The translations under genes and the position numbers were made by a program. A stretch of DNA of 64,000 bases from Octopus sinensis (taxonomy: Eukaryota), in assembly GCF_006345805.1 (NCBI RefSeq), contig NC_043010.1, positions 5,270,001 through 5,334,000 of the forward strand, in the 5' to 3' direction. The notes under the pieces are model-generated. The model worked only from the letters and a program-made list of their open reading frames with translations, did no database searches and was not told the DNA's origin. Shown here piece after piece: positions 47,709 to 62,050 of the stretch. How positions within the stretch are numbered: position 1 is the first letter of the stretch; each line of letters opens with the position of its first letter.

Positions 47709-47937
47709 GTGTATGTATGTGTGTATGTATGTATGTATGTATGACTGAATGTGTGTATGTATGTATGGATGTATGTATGAATGTATGTATGTATGTCTGA
47801 ATGTATGTATGTATGCATGTATGTATGCATGTATGTATGTATGTATGTATGTATGTATGTATGTATGCATGTTTATATGTGTATGTATATACATGTATAT
47901 GCATACATATATATGTATACATACATATAGATATACA

Positions 47938-47982
<45 letters not shown>

Positions 47983-48095
47983 TATATATACATATGTATA
48001 TATACATACATATAGATATACAAACATATATATATATATATATGTATATAAACATATGCGTATATATATGTGTATACATACATATACATATACGT

Positions 48096-48134
<39 letters not shown>

Positions 48135-48170
48135 ATGCACACATGTATATACACATCTGTATACACACAC
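47340..48170. repeat. (TATG)n and (TA)n array with higher-order duplication
   Basis: Interrupting GACTGAATGTG recurs at ~47491 and ~47743. Confidence 0.95.
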
Positions 48171-48991
48171 ATACAGAATGGAAGATTATTTACTCACTTG
48201 GAAACAGGTACAGGTTAGCATCAGGAAGAATATTCAGCTTTAGAAAACTCTGCCTCAGAATCCTTTCATCTTACCCATGCAAGCATAAAAATGTAGACAT
48301 TAATACACTGATGATGATGATGACAATGATATATATATATATCTGTCTATCTTTCTGTATGTATGCATGCACATATATATATATATATACATATATATAT
48401 AAGAAATATTTGGGGTGATGTTTTTTTTTTGTAGTGACATGTTTCTGCTTTTCCCGTATATAGAGTTGAGAGATTTACATTTTGGTAACTTTTACCGGTT
48501 ATATATATATATATATATAAATATATATATATATACATTTATTTATGTAAATATATATATACATATATTCTGGCAATTTCAATAACAGTTGTAAATTAAG
48601 CATCATTCCAAATTTTTTCCGCTTAATTTTTTTTTACCTTTCTTTGATAAAGGGTACAAGCCAAACCATTAAAATCTCTTATTCTTTTCATTGAGCATAT
48701 TTGTTTTCATTATACACATTCTTTAATTGTTATTTCTTTAAAAATTTTTAAATCTCTTATTCCACATTTCTGATTTATCCATCTGTATGTGTGTGTGTAT
48801 ACATGTATGTATATATATGCATGTACACATGTATATGTGCATGAGCATGAATATGCATATATTCATACATACACATATATATATGTAAATGTATATATCT
48901 CTATATATACATATACATCATCATCATTATCATCATTGTTTAACGTCCGTTTTCCGCGCTAGCATGGGTTACATATACATGCATATATATA

Positions 48992-49022
<31 letters not shown>

Positions 49023-49189
49023 CATACACAAATTTGAAAACTGCATTGATTCAAGGCTCTGACCCCTTCATCTCTTCTTCAGTATAAGGTGTCAATATCC
49101 CTGTTCCTTGGAAGTTCCCATTTGATGTCACGATCTTGTGGATTTTAATGTCTATAAAGTGGATTTTTTCTACAGACCAGTCAAGTGTC

Positions 49190-49960
49190 CCAAATGTATG
49201 CATGTTTATGCATGCATGCATGCGTGCATGTATGTATGTATGTATGCATGTATGTATGTATGTATGTATGATGTATGTATGTATGTATGTATGTATGTAT
49301 GCATGATATAGTATGTATGTATGTATTGTATGTATGTATGTATGCATGTATGTATGTATGCTATGTATGTATGTATGTATTATGCAATGTATGTATGTAT
49401 GTATGTATGTATGTATGTATGTATGTATGTATGTATGTATGCATGTATGTATGCATGGCATTATGTATGTATGTATGTATGCATGTATGTATGTATGTAT
49501 GTATGTATGCATGTATGTATGCATGCCATGTATGTATGTATGTATTGTATGCTATGCATGTATGTATGTATGTATGTATGTATGCATGTATGTATGTATG
49601 TATGTATGTATGTATGCATGTAAATATGTATGTATGTATGAATGTATGTTTGTATGTATGTTTGTATGTATGCTTGTATGTATGTATGTATACATGTATG
49701 CATGCATGTATGTATGTATGTATGTATGTATGTATGCATGCATGTATGTATGTATGTATGCATGTATGTATGCATGCATGTATGTATGTATGTATGTGTG
49801 TATGCATGCATGCATGTATGTATGTATGCATGCATGCATGTATGTATGTATGTATGTATGCATGCACGCATGCATGTATGCATGCATGCATGAATGTGTG
49901 TATGTATGTATACATGTATGTATGCAAGTATGTATGTATGTATGTATGTATGTGTGTGTG
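49190..49960. repeat. (TATG)n/(CATG)n array
   Basis: Direct reading. Confidence 0.95.
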
Positions 49961-50529
49961 GAGGTATATATGAGAGTATGCACAAATTATTGATGTATTT
50001 ATTTATCTGTTATATTTATGTACAAAGGCAGCAACCTGGCAGAGTCTCTGTACGTGTGTTTGTGTTTGTGTGTGTGTGTACCTGTGAGTCTAAGTAAACC
50101 GTTGTATATCGGCATGACAAGATGCAAAACTTTATACCAATGCATAAAAATTTATTTTAGCCGTATGATAAATAGACATTAATAAAATAAGTATAGGGAA
50201 TAAGCGTGGTATAATTGACCAAAAAACCTTTGATGGGGATCCGCAACTTGGCCAAAGTCTAACGACCGTAACTAGTAAAAGAGTGGAAGAACATGGTGTG
50301 GGAAGCCAATCAGTTGACACCATTCCGTTGATGATACTTACCAACTTTCTGAGTGTCACTATAATTTTGCAATTTGCTTTAAGCAATGTTTTGCAGGTTA
50401 TGGCCTCGAAATTCCTTTTCTAATTTCGGCATCAGAGAAAGTCATCTGAAGAAATTGGTAAATTATAAGTTTTGCTATTTGCTTCTTGTTTGAAGAATAT
50501 CTATCTCTACCTATGTACATATTTCTGCC

Positions 50530-51280
50530 TCAGTGTGTGCTTCTGTATTTGTGTGTGTGTGTGGTGTGTGTGTGTGTGCATTGTGTGTGTATGTAATTGT
50601 GTGTGTGTGAGTGTGTGTGTGTGTATGTGATTGTGTGATTGTGTGATTGTGAGTGTGTGTGTGTATGTGATTGTGTGTGTGTGTGAGTGGTGTTGTGTGT
50701 GATTGTGTGATTGTGTGTGTGTGTGAGTGTGTGTGTGTGTGTGATTGTGGTGTGTGTGAGTGGGGTGGGTGTGTGTGATTGTGTGTGTGTGTGAGTGTGT
50801 GTGTGTATGTGATTGTGTGTGTGTGGTGTGTGTGTGGTGTGTGTGATTGTGTGTGTGTGTGTGAGTGTGTGTGTATGTGATTGTGTGTGTGTGTGTGTGG
50901 TGTGTGGTGTGTGATGTGTGTGTATGTGAGTGGTGTGTGAGGTGTGTGTGTATGTAATGTGTGTGTGAGTGTGTGTGTGTATGTGATTATGTGTGTGTGT
51001 GAGTGTGTGTGTGTATGTGATTGTGTGATTGTGTGATTTTGTGTGTGTGTGTGTGATTGTGTATGTGTGTGTGTGTGCGTATATGTGTATGTGATTGTGT
51101 GATTGTGTGTGTGTGTGCGAGTAATTGTGTCCATGGATGTGTATGCATGTGCATGTGTGTGTGTGTATGTGTGACCGTGAGTGTATTTGTGTGTGTGTGA
51201 TTGTGTGCATGTGTGTGCAAGTGTGTGCATATGTGTGTATGTGATTGTGTGAGTGTGTCTGTATGTGTGTGTGTGTGAAT
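50530..51280. repeat. (TG)n-based compound array
   Basis: Direct reading; GATT variant units. Confidence 0.95.
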
Positions 51281-51374
51281 GATTCAGGACCAATCATGGC
51301 CAAGTTCCTTTTACTGTCTTCTTTTTACTTGTTTCACTCACTGGACTTTGGCCTTGCTGGAGCACCATCTTTAA

Positions 51375-51604
51375 TCCTTTAGCATTTAAACCAGCCATAT
51401 CCAGCCTAAATATTCTACTTGTTTAATGTTCAAACTGGCTAGATCCAGCCTCTCAAACATACCCTGCAATGTCATTCTAAAAGTAAATAATCATATCATC
51501 GACTTCTCAAAGCTGCAAGGTTATGTGTAATTAATTAAAAACAACGTGAATAATTAACCATTACAATTGACAGAGTAATTTGGATGCTAAATGATAAAGG
51601 GTTC
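51375..51604. mobile_element. piggyBac-like MITE (family 1), inverted relative to 42521
   Basis: TTAA|TCCTTTAGCATTT..GACAGAGTAATTTGGATGC..AAAGGG. Confidence 0.65.
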
Positions 51605-51685
51605 AGTCAAATAAATCAACTTCAGTTTCTATTTTTAAGTCTGGAATTTATTCTATTGTTATTTTTGTTGAACCACTTAGCAATG

Positions 51686-51990
51686 GGTAGAGGCACATGG
51701 CCTAGTGGTTAGAGCAGCAGACTCGCAGTTGAGGGATCATGGGTTTGAATCTCAGACCGGGCGATGTGTGTGTTTATGGGTGAAACACCTAAGCTCCATG
51801 TGACTCTGGCAGGAGGTAATGGCGAACTTCTGCTGACTCTTTTGCCACAACTTTCTCTCACTCTTTCCTCCTGCATCTTGCAGCTCATCTGCAATGGACC
51901 GGCATCCCATCCGGGTGGGGAACCTACTCACCAAGGAAACCAGGAAACCAGACCTTATGAGCCAGGCATGGCTCAAGAAGGAACAAAAGA
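51686..51990 (+). mobile_element. Hybrid SINE: family E-like head/body with family D-like 3' part
   Basis: Head ..GAAACACCTAAGCTCCA..CACAACTTTCTCTCACTCT matches E; GCATCCCATCCGGGTGGGGAA..CCTTATGAGCCAGGCATGGCTCAAGAAGGAACA matches D (13543-13640). Confidence 0.7.
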
Positions 51991-52193
51991 AAGAAAAGAC
52001 TTAGCAATGGGAACATAAACAAACCAACACCATTAAGAAGATTTTTCAGTTTTTGCAAACTCAAGGTGTTAGGTTCAATCCCTCTGCATAGCAGAATGGA
52101 GCTTTTAGTGGATCTAAGAAGTGTAAATGAAATTAGATAGTTAGAAAATATTATACCTGTCATTCCAAGGGCTAGTACACTGTGTCACATTAA

Positions 52194-52413
52194 CCCTTTT
52201 GTTACTAACCCGGCCAAAATCGGCACTGGCTCTGTGGTAAAATATCTTGGTTTCATAAATTTTGAATTAAAATCTTCCACCAAACCTTAGTCACAATTTA
52301 TGTTCCTAACACTAGCTTAATGATAACTAAGTTATTTTACTAAATTCTTTGTTATATTTAAAATGATTGAAAGAAACACAGAGCATCTCAACAGAAATAC
52401 GGTAATGAAAGGG
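52194..52413. mobile_element. piggyBac-like MITE (family 2)
   Basis: TTAA|CCCTTTTGTTACT ... GGTAATGAAAGGG|TTAA. Confidence 0.8.
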
Positions 52414-52669
52414 TTAAGTTGTTTGAGTAAATTGTTAAAGGTGGTACCCCAGCAAGGACACTGTCCAATTAAACACTGAGGGTCACATTAAGAGTATATG
52501 TGGCAGTGTAATGGCCATGCATGCTAATATAATGAATCAGTTGTTCATTTGAGGGAACAGCAGAATACTGATTAGTGAAATAAACAGCGGATCCATTTAA
52601 CAATATGTTAAATGTGTAACAATGTTTGTATGAGTACAAATGCAAACACACACACATTCATATACACAT

Positions 52670-52800
52670 ATAAATTAATATAGGAACAATATAGTAACAA
52701 TGATATATAAGGATGTCATATTTTGTCAGGCGGGAGAGCTGGACTTGTAACATCTATCAAAGGTGGGGGGTGAACATTAAGGACGAAAAATAATGATACA
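52670..52800. repeat. Dispersed repeat, second copy at ~54750-54880
   Basis: CAATATAGTAACAATGATAT..AAGGATGTC.TATTTTGTC..GAGCTGGACTTGTAA.ATCTATCAAAG..TGAACATTAAGGA in both. Confidence 0.8.
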
Positions 52801-53087
52801 CATATAGACATACACATAGTAAATATATGAGTATTTATCTGTGTATGTATGAGTATGTCTATATGTATGTATGTATGTATACACACACACAAGTATATAT
52901 ATATAGTATAAGGGGTTGTGCATATGTATATGTATACATGTTTGTATAACTATCTTTCTGTCTGTTTATCGATCTATCTATTTATCTATCTATCACAATA
53001 CACACACACACATACAGACATGTTTACAAATATCCTCTCACATATCCTACATATATACAAACACACACACATGCACACACACACACA

Positions 53088-53118
<31 letters not shown>

Positions 53119-53287
53119 CGCACACACACATATATGAGGCCTGGATTTTTGTGTGTGGGAGGGACAATAGATCACATCGATCCCAGTACATGACTGGTAC
53201 TTAATTTATCGACCCTGAAAGGATGAAAGAATAATGTTGTGGTGCACCTGAGCACTGTATACAATAATTTCATTATATACATATAAT

Positions 53288-53321
<34 letters not shown>

Positions 53322-53739
53322 CACACTTATATATATAAGTGTGTGTATGTGTGCATGTGTGTTTGCATGGCATGTGTATGCATGTGCATGTCTGTGTATG
53401 TATGTGAATTTGTGTATTCTTGTGTCACTGTCATACAAGCAGTGTGACATTCCTTTCCAATATTCTGCAAAATCACGTCTGATTTACCTTGCTTGGAAAC
53501 AGGTAAGGATTGGCACTAGGAAGGGCATCGACCCATAGACAATCTGCCTCAATAAAATCTGTCTAACTCATGCAAACATGGAAAACTGAATGTTAAAGTG
53601 ATGATGAAGAAATACAAATGACAACTGCTGCCACCAATGTATGGCAGTCAAAGAAATTGCATGATTCATCTTATGGTCCTGAATACTATTTTTGGTTTTC
53701 TTTGTTGCAACTACTAACATGTATATACATAATTAAATA

Positions 53740-54220
53740 CGAGCGCGATCATTGACAGACCGGCTTCCATTCCAGTAGCACTTAAAAGGCACCATTCGAG
53801 CGTGATTGTAACCAGCATCACTTTACTGGCACTCGAGCCCCGTGCTAGTAGGGTATTAAGAGCACCATCCAAGCGTGATCATTGCCAGAGCGGCTATCTG
53901 GCATCCGTGCCGGTGGCACGTAAAAGACACCATTCGAGCATGATCATTACCAGCATCGCCTTACTGGCACCTGTGCCAGTGGCATGTGTAAAGGATTCGA
54001 GCGAGGTCGTTGCCAGTACCGCCTGACTGGCCCTGTGCCGGTGGCATGTAAAAACACCCACTACACTCTCGGAGTGGTTGGCGTTAGGAAGGGCATCCAG
54101 CTGTAGAAGCTCTGCCAGATCAAGATTGAGGCCTGGTGCAGCCATCTGGTTCGCCAACCCTCGGTCAATCGTCCACCCATGCTAGCATGGAAAGCAGACG
54201 TTAAACGATGATGATGATGA
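53740..54220 (+). mobile_element. Family C copy with 5-6 diverged internal units
   Basis: Repeated CACCATTCGAGCGTGAT units, GGCGTTAGGAAGGGCATCC, (GAT)n tail. Confidence 0.88.
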
Positions 54221-54365
54221 AATACATACTTGAATATACACAAGTACAGACTAAAGCTAAAAGAAGCCATCAAGCCATAAAATCTGTCTCAAACGACACC
54301 TTTTTAGCCTATTCCAGAAAAGAAAGAAATGAATGAACAATTGAACAAGTGAACATGTATGTATC

Positions 54366-54522
54366 TATATTGTATAGAGGGCATTATTACACATGAATGC
54401 CTCACACTAAGAGGGACATAAGTCATTACTACCAAAATTTCACTAATCGTACCTAATGCAGTTTTCAAAGCAGGACATTTAAAAAATGAATTTATGTGTA
54501 ATAATGCCCTCTATACAATATA
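54366..54522. mobile_element. 157-bp MITE with perfect 29-bp terminal inverted repeats
   Basis: TATATTGTATAGAGGGCATTATTACACAT (54366-54394) and its exact reverse complement (54494-54522). Confidence 0.8.
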
Positions 54523-56093
54523 AATTAATATTTTCAAAAGAAAAAATTTATTTTTGAAATATTTTCTCTTATGAGGTTTTTCACGCTAACTACCTGATAA
54601 TTTCTTGTAAGATTCCTTATTAAGAAGTTATCCTTAATTGTTAAATGTATGTATCTATATATATGTAATAGGAAGTAACGATGATGTAGAAATGGTCTAT
54701 TTGATGAAGAAACTGTGAAGTTGTTGAGTCATAAACTGTAAAGTTGAAAATTAATATAGGAGCAATATAGTAACAATGATATATATAAGGATGTCGTATT
54801 TTGTCGAGCGGTAGAGCTGGACTTGTAATATCTATCAAAGTGGGGGGGGGTGAACATTAAGGAGGAAAAATAATGATAAAATGAAATGATTGGATGAGAA
54901 ATAAAATAGAAATAAAGCAGAGAGAGAGAGAGGGGGGAGTGAAAGACAGTGAGAGAAAGAGAGGGGCAGAAAGAAAGAGCTGGACAGAGCTAGGCGAAAG
55001 AGAGAGGGAGAAACACTTTGTCACAGAGACAAAGAGAAAGAGACAGAGAGAAAGAGATGAAAGAAGACAAAAAAATGTATTGTTTATTTATTTAAATATT
55101 TCAAGGTTGCTTGTGTGTCTGTTTGTTTTGCTGTGAAATTTTTGGTATTTAAGTGGAAGCATTGTGGATAGAAATTATCGCTCCTTCATATACATGATGA
55201 TAATTTTTGATACAATATTTTACAGTGTGAAATTTAAACAACAAATATATCTGAAAAAAAAAAGAAAAAGAAAAAGGGAAACAACACAACAAAATAAAAC
55301 AACAACAACAACAACAAGGATAAGTGACAATACAAATAACTCTTCCCTTTTTACCAACCAAGAAGAAGTTATATTGAAAAATATCTTGTAATTACTTCCA
55401 TAAATATTTGAAATTTATTTAGAATAATGAAGTTAGAGAAGAAGTTGCTTTATGTTTATTACTGACATTATTTTATTAACTGAAAACTTTTAAAAATCCC
55501 TCAACAAAAGCATGTGGGAACCTTCCGTTTTGTTGATCAAGAAATATATTGCACGAAAGAGAGCCGATAAAATTCAATTAAGGCACAGCCTTGCATGAAT
55601 TTTAATTTAGTAAATAGTGTTAAAAGAGTGATACGTTGATGTTTCCTTTTAAAAGAGTTTGATGAGAATTAATGTCTTATATTATTCTATCTAGTTTAAA
55701 AATCTAGCAAAAGGGGGAAAAAGAAAAAAGAAAAAAGAAGAAGTAAAGAGCATAATCAATAATTTTAGAATTACCTAATAATGTCAATATTCTATTCATG
55801 AACATCTCAAAGGAGAAATTTTCAATGTGTCATAGTTGATTTTTCACATAATATTTTATAAACAATATTTTTGCTTCTTATTGTTGTTATTGTTGTTTGC
55901 TGGTTGTAAGTTTTCAATAGTTATGAGCTGCTGTGTTTATGACATGTTGCTAATGTCACAAACATTGAAATCAAGCCAGAATGCTGATAACAAAATTTAC
56001 CCTTTGATCTTCCTTCTGCAAACTGAGTTTGCAATTTTTAAGGGGCCAAAAATATTTCTTTCAAACCCAGCATGAATGATAAGATATATACAT

Positions 56094-56132
<39 letters not shown>

Positions 56133-56812
56133 ATACATACATGCATGAGTGTTTAAATGTATGTATATATTTAAACACATACACAATCACCCAACACACA
56201 CACACACACACACGTATATGCATACACATACATACATAGATAGGTACACAAATTGACACATTTATACATATATATATGCATACGCATACTTACAAAATTA
56301 CAATTACAAGCTATTAATGGGAATGTAAAACATGCAAAGCTTTCAGGAAGTTGAATATGTAGTATGTACTCCTACATAAGTCGAAATATATGTGAATTCA
56401 TATACAGTCAATAAAATGTCTGCACGTAAACATATATGTGCACACACACACACACACGCACACACAGGCACAAATGCATATGCACATACATATGCACACA
56501 CACACACGTGCATGCACAAACATTATTTTGCTTCTGCATTTGTTATGCAAGACTTGATGTGAAAAGGCATGTTGACAGATTTTTGTTAAATTTTAGGAGG
56601 GTCATTTTGCCAATAGAAATGCACTTATTGGTTCTGTTACAGCTTTTATTGCTATTATTATCATTATTATTATTATTATTACTGCTATCTTTTTTTTTCT
56701 TCTTCTTTCAAATTTGCTCCCATTTCTTGCCGAGTGTCTTCCCAACTCCTAGGGCAAAGAAACTCATAGTATACATTGGTAGGCCATTAAAATAAACTCA
56801 CTAGTTCGTTAA

Positions 56813-56860
<48 letters not shown>

Positions 56861-57063
56861 TTAGTTTTATTTTTATAGCGTGCTTTCACTTCACTACCGA
56901 GCGCAGCTCTGTGCGCCTTGGGTATGTGCTGTGATTTGTTGTGATGCTCTGATGGTTATTGTATGGAAAGTGTTCTGCGTAGGATGTGTGCAGTGCCTAG
57001 TAGTGCAATTTTCTGTATGTTATATGTGTTTGTAAGTCCTGGTGTTTTTGTTATGTATTTGTC

Positions 57064-57065
<2 letters not shown>

Positions 57066-57115
<50 letters not shown>

Positions 57116-57225
57116 CATTATTATTACTATTACTATTATTATTATCATTATTGTTATTATTATTATTTTTATTATTACCATAATCATCATCATCATCATC
57201 ATCATCAGCATTGTTATTATTATTG
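57066..57225. repeat. (TAT)n/(CAT)n array
   Basis: Direct reading. Confidence 0.95.
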
Positions 57226-57892
57226 AATGAGAGAGTAGTGCATGTCATGACATTGACAGTGGGGTACAATTATACGAAGCCAAATATACCCACCATGACC
57301 ACCCTTCTGATAAGTGTACACCAGACATCTATTTAGCAACAATATGTGCACAACATAACGATTTCATATCAAGATGATAGCCCAGTTACAATTTTCTTCA
57401 GGTCGAGTAGACTATCTTGCTCAAGGGGTCCCCTGAATAAGGGTTGTTTAAGGATGTTGAATGAACCACCCATGTTTCCAGAGATGAGTTATTTAAACCC
57501 CAAAGAATCCCTCTCAACACATGGCTATGATGCTCCTCCACAATGTGCCCTCTCATGATCAGAGATGCACATATTGTCAGCCACCAGTAGATATACTCGA
57601 CTGGTTAAGGTCAAACAACTAACCCAATGCTTTGATCACAATAAAGGGACAACCTTTGTGTTTGACTCACGTAGCTGCTACATCTTAGCGATCTCAATTT
57701 TAGGGTCTCCATATTTACCAATCTTTTCCCTTTCTTTCATGATAATATGTTGATTTCCTGGCTCTGCACCCTTTCCACCAGCCCTTTTACATTCTGTTTG
57801 AAAACCGTCAAAGTTAGATTTGCTTTCCATCCCTCTCTGGAGTTGATAAAATGAAGCCGAAGTCAAGTACTGAGGTTGATGTAATTGACCAA

Positions 57893-57966
57893 ACATCATC
57901 ATCATCATCATCATCAACATCATCACCATCATCACCATCACCACCATCATCATCATCACCATCACG

Positions 57967-57997
<31 letters not shown>

Positions 57998-58088
57998 GCA
58001 TCATCATCACCATCACCATCATCATCATCGTCATCGTCATCATCATCAATCATCATCGTTGTCGTCATCATCATCATCATCATCATCA
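57893..58088. repeat. (CAT)n array next to a degenerate SINE D (58090-58350, minus)
   Basis: Direct reading. Confidence 0.9.
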
Positions 58089-58683
58089 ACCTCTGGACAT
58101 TACTGTCACAAGTCCCTAGAGCTCACAGGGCTGGGTTACCCAGCTTCTGTGGCATATGAATGACTAAGAGTATGATATTCCCCATATTTGAGATGCCAGT
58201 CTGTCACAGGTTTATGCATTTAAAGTTGAGTGAACTGAGACAGTGTGAGATGAAGTGCTTTACTCAAGAACACAACACACATTGTGCCCAGTCCTGGAAT
58301 CAAAAGCAATAATTTTGTGATGATAAGTGCAACCTTTAACCACTTGACAGTATACCTTCATTAACTAACATTGCTGACTTTGTGCCAAAATTGAAACAAT
58401 TATCAATTGAGATTTTGCTAGTTGTCAACTTCATTTGACTGTTTGAATTTTTGGAGTTGTTGCCTTTGACAGATTTTATCATTTGTTACCAGCGTTTTAG
58501 CAAAGGAAGGGTATTGTTTTCGGTTATGTTTGTTTGTTTGTTTGTCTGTGGACAAGATATCTCAAGAATCGCCAGATGGATTCAGATGAAACTTTCAGGG
58601 ATGTTTGGCCTCTTGATTGGCATGAATTGATTAGATTTTTGGGATCGATCCAGTACCAGACAAGGATTCTGGATTATTTGTTA

Positions 58684-59086
58684 TACTCTTTACTCTTTTA
58701 CTTGTTTCAGTCATTTGACTGCGGCCATGCTGGAGCACCACCTTTAATCGAGCAACTTGACCCTGGGACTTATTCTTTGTAAGCCCAGTACTTATTCTAT
58801 CGGTCTCTTTTGCCGAACCGCTAACTTACGGTGACATAAACACACCAGCATCGGTTGTCAAGCAATGCTAGGGGGACAAACACAGACACACAAACACACA
58901 CACATATATATATACATATATACGACGAGCTTCTTTCAGTTTCCCTCTACCAAATCCACTCACATGGCTTTGGTCGGCCCAAGGCTATAGTAGAAGACAC
59001 TTGCCCAAGGTGCCACACAGTGGGACTGAACCCGGAACCATGTGGTTGGTAAGCAAGCTACTTACCACACAGCCACTCCTGCACCT
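58684..59086 (-). mobile_element. SINE family A, full length
   Basis: Reverse complement of all family A blocks. Confidence 0.9.
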
Positions 59087-59422
59087 ATATTCACTTCACT
59101 TAATTCTTGAGAGCAGTCGGGTTCAATTTTAGTACTTTCATTTGTGAGAGCAGTCGAATTTACTTCAGATATTCTCATTTTGAAAATCATCTCCGGTTAA
59201 TCGTTGAGAGGACGTTGGTGTTTGTGTTGGTGGAAATTTGTGCTCTCTGAGTGCTCTTATTATTTCTATCACTTTATAACAACAAAAGGCAATGCTTGTG
59301 TCAGCTACACAGCCTTTCTTTGAGAACCTTGAAAATTAGTGGGATTGAGGAAGGAGGAAATGCATGCTTATACTGGTAACTGGACAAAGGCCAGATTGAA
59401 GTGTTAAACTGTGCAACAGAGT

Positions 59423-59812
59423 GTGGAAGCACTCCGTCGGTTACAATGATGAGGGTTCCGGTTGATCCAAATCAACGGAACAGCCTGCTCATGAAATTAA
59501 CGTGTAAGTGGCTGAGCACTCCACAGACACGTGCACCCTTAACGTAGTTCTCGGAGATATTGAGCATGACACAGAGAGTGACAAGGCCGGCCCTTTGAAA
59601 TACAGGTACAACAGAAACAGGAAGTAAGAGTGAGAGAAAGTTGTGGTGAAAGAGTACAGCAGGGATCACCACCATCCCCTGCCGGAGCCTCGTGGAACTT
59701 TTAGGTGTTTTCGCTCAATAAACACTCACAACACCCGGTCTGGGAATCGAAACCGCGATCCTACGACCGTGAGTCTGCTGCCCTAACCACTGGGCCATTG
59801 CACCTCCACTGA
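59423..59812 (-). mobile_element. SINE family E, full length with 10-bp TSD
   Basis: TSD GCAACAGAGT at 59413-59422 and 59813-59822. Confidence 0.9.
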
Positions 59813-60590
59813 GCAACAGAGTAAATTTGCTACCCAAGAAGGCCACTGCAGGAATTGAACTTGGATTACAAATCCCATCTAATGTTCTAATGATTCAGTC
59901 AGTCCACTGCCCTTAATTGATATTTAGCTTTATTGACCCCAGATGGATGAAAGGAAAAATTGACCTTTGTTGGATTTGAAAACAGTTTGCAATTAGCTAG
60001 AATAAAATAAGTATTGTTAAGCATTGTGCCTGATACTCTAATAACTCAGCCAGGTCACAGGTTAGATTTCACTAGATTTATGTATGAATGTCATGTTTGG
60101 CTCCCTTCAATTCAGAGTGAATCTTGATTGATTATAGTTTCAATATTCGCCACATTAAATGTGTTAGTCCTTGCTGTATGAAGTAACCTTATCATCATTT
60201 AACATCCACTTTTCCATGTAAGCATGAGTCAGATGGAATTAGTTGGAGCAGATCTTTTACAGCAAGATGCCCTTCTTATTGCCAACTGTCCCCTGTTTCT
60301 AAGCAAGGTAATATTTCCCATGGCCAGACATTTTTTCTTTTTTAGCAGAAGACTAAAAAGGAACAACCTTGCTTGTATGATGGTGATGCTCATTTACAAC
60401 TATCACATGGTGTCTAGGCAAGTGTACATGCACACATGTGCATACACACACATATACTAAATCTACTCATACACACACCACACATTCACACACACATATA
60501 TATATATATATATGCATACATATATATTTATGCATACAAACACACACACACTCACACATATGTATGTATGTATATATGTATGTATGTATG

Positions 60591-61095
60591 TGATATCTTG
60601 AGTATTGAGGCGATGGTACACAAGCACCGGTTGCATTGGACTGGACACCTTATTAGAATGGAGGATATAAGGATTCCTAAGCAGATGCTCTATGGAGAAC
60701 TTGTGAATGGAAGGAGACTCTGGCAGAAACCAAGGCTACGATTTAAGGACTGTGTCAAGTCCTCGTTAAAGGCTTTTGATATACAGGACACTGACTGGGA
60801 GAACAATGCCTGTCATCGCCACAGATGGAGGAAGCAGGTTAAGGAGGGGATCGACATTTTTGAGAGAGCACGTATCCAGCATGAAGAACTTAGGTGAGCT
60901 GCGCGAAAGTGCACGGCTCGTATAGTGAATGGGGAAAGCTTGGTCTGCAATGTTTGCAGTCGTGTATGCTTGTCAAGAGCAGGGCTCATTAGCCACCAAT
61001 GGAGCCGCAAATGCAAAATATAAGTTAATCCTAGAGCGCACAATGTTCCTGAAGGTCGGCAATGGTCTTCCTCGGTCACGAGTGGATGGCCATCA
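60591..61095 (+). mobile_element. RTE-BovB-like LINE 3' end (lineage 3) inside (TATG)n
   Basis: SIEAMVHKHRLHWTGHLIRMEDIRIPKQMLYGELVNGRR..RFKDCVKSSLKAFDI..LVCNVCSRVCLSRAGLISH; 3' UTR ends GGTCTTCCTCGGTCACGAGTGGATGGCCATCAT. Confidence 0.9.
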
Positions 61096-61682
61096 TGTAT
61101 GTATGTATGTATGTATGTATATGTATGTATGTATGCACGTATTTATACAGTGGGCTTGTTTCATCTTCCCATATACTAGATATATTAACAAGGCTTTGGT
61201 CATCCTGGAGCTGTAGCAGAACACACTTGCCAAAGGTGCCATGCTGTGGGACTGAACCTAAAATCACATGGTTCGGAAGCTTCTTCTAAACTACACAGCC
61301 ATACCTGCACCTATTTCTAAAGCGAATCCTTATACACAGACTTTTCAACAATACATCACAAAATATTAGTTTGGAATCCATAACAAGTTTAATACTAAAA
61401 TTCTCCATAAATCAGTATTCTGCAAAAGAGAGTCGTGCTGGATATCTTGAATAAAACCATAAAGCTTATCTTTGGAACACAGGCGGCCACAGGCAATAAT
61501 GTGACTGTTGAAACTTTGTTAGTTATAGACTCATTCATATGTTAGATGTCAATTGGCCAAGCAGAATTTATTATTGGACAGTCTGAAATAAGAAATAAGA
61601 ACACACTGGCTAAGCTAGCTCCAAGCTAGAAAGATGAAGGAAGGCAGTCAGATGATTCTAAACCAAATCTTGAGTATGGAGT

Positions 61683-61754
61683 GCCATCATCATCATCATC
61701 ATCATCATCATCACCATCGCCATCGTCACCATCATCGTCATCATCATCATCATC

Positions 61755-61816
<62 letters not shown>

Positions 61817-61827
61817 TCATCATCATC

Positions 61828-61883
<56 letters not shown>

Positions 61884-61895
61884 TATCACCATCAC

Positions 61896-61927
<32 letters not shown>

Positions 61928-61958
61928 CCATCATCATCACCATCATCACCATCATCAT

Positions 61959-61994
<36 letters not shown>

Positions 61995-62050
61995 GTCATC
62001 ATCATCATCGTTATCGTTGTTGTCGTTGTCATCATCATTGTCACTGTCAT
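61683..62050. repeat. (CAT)n array
   Basis: Direct reading. Confidence 0.95.
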
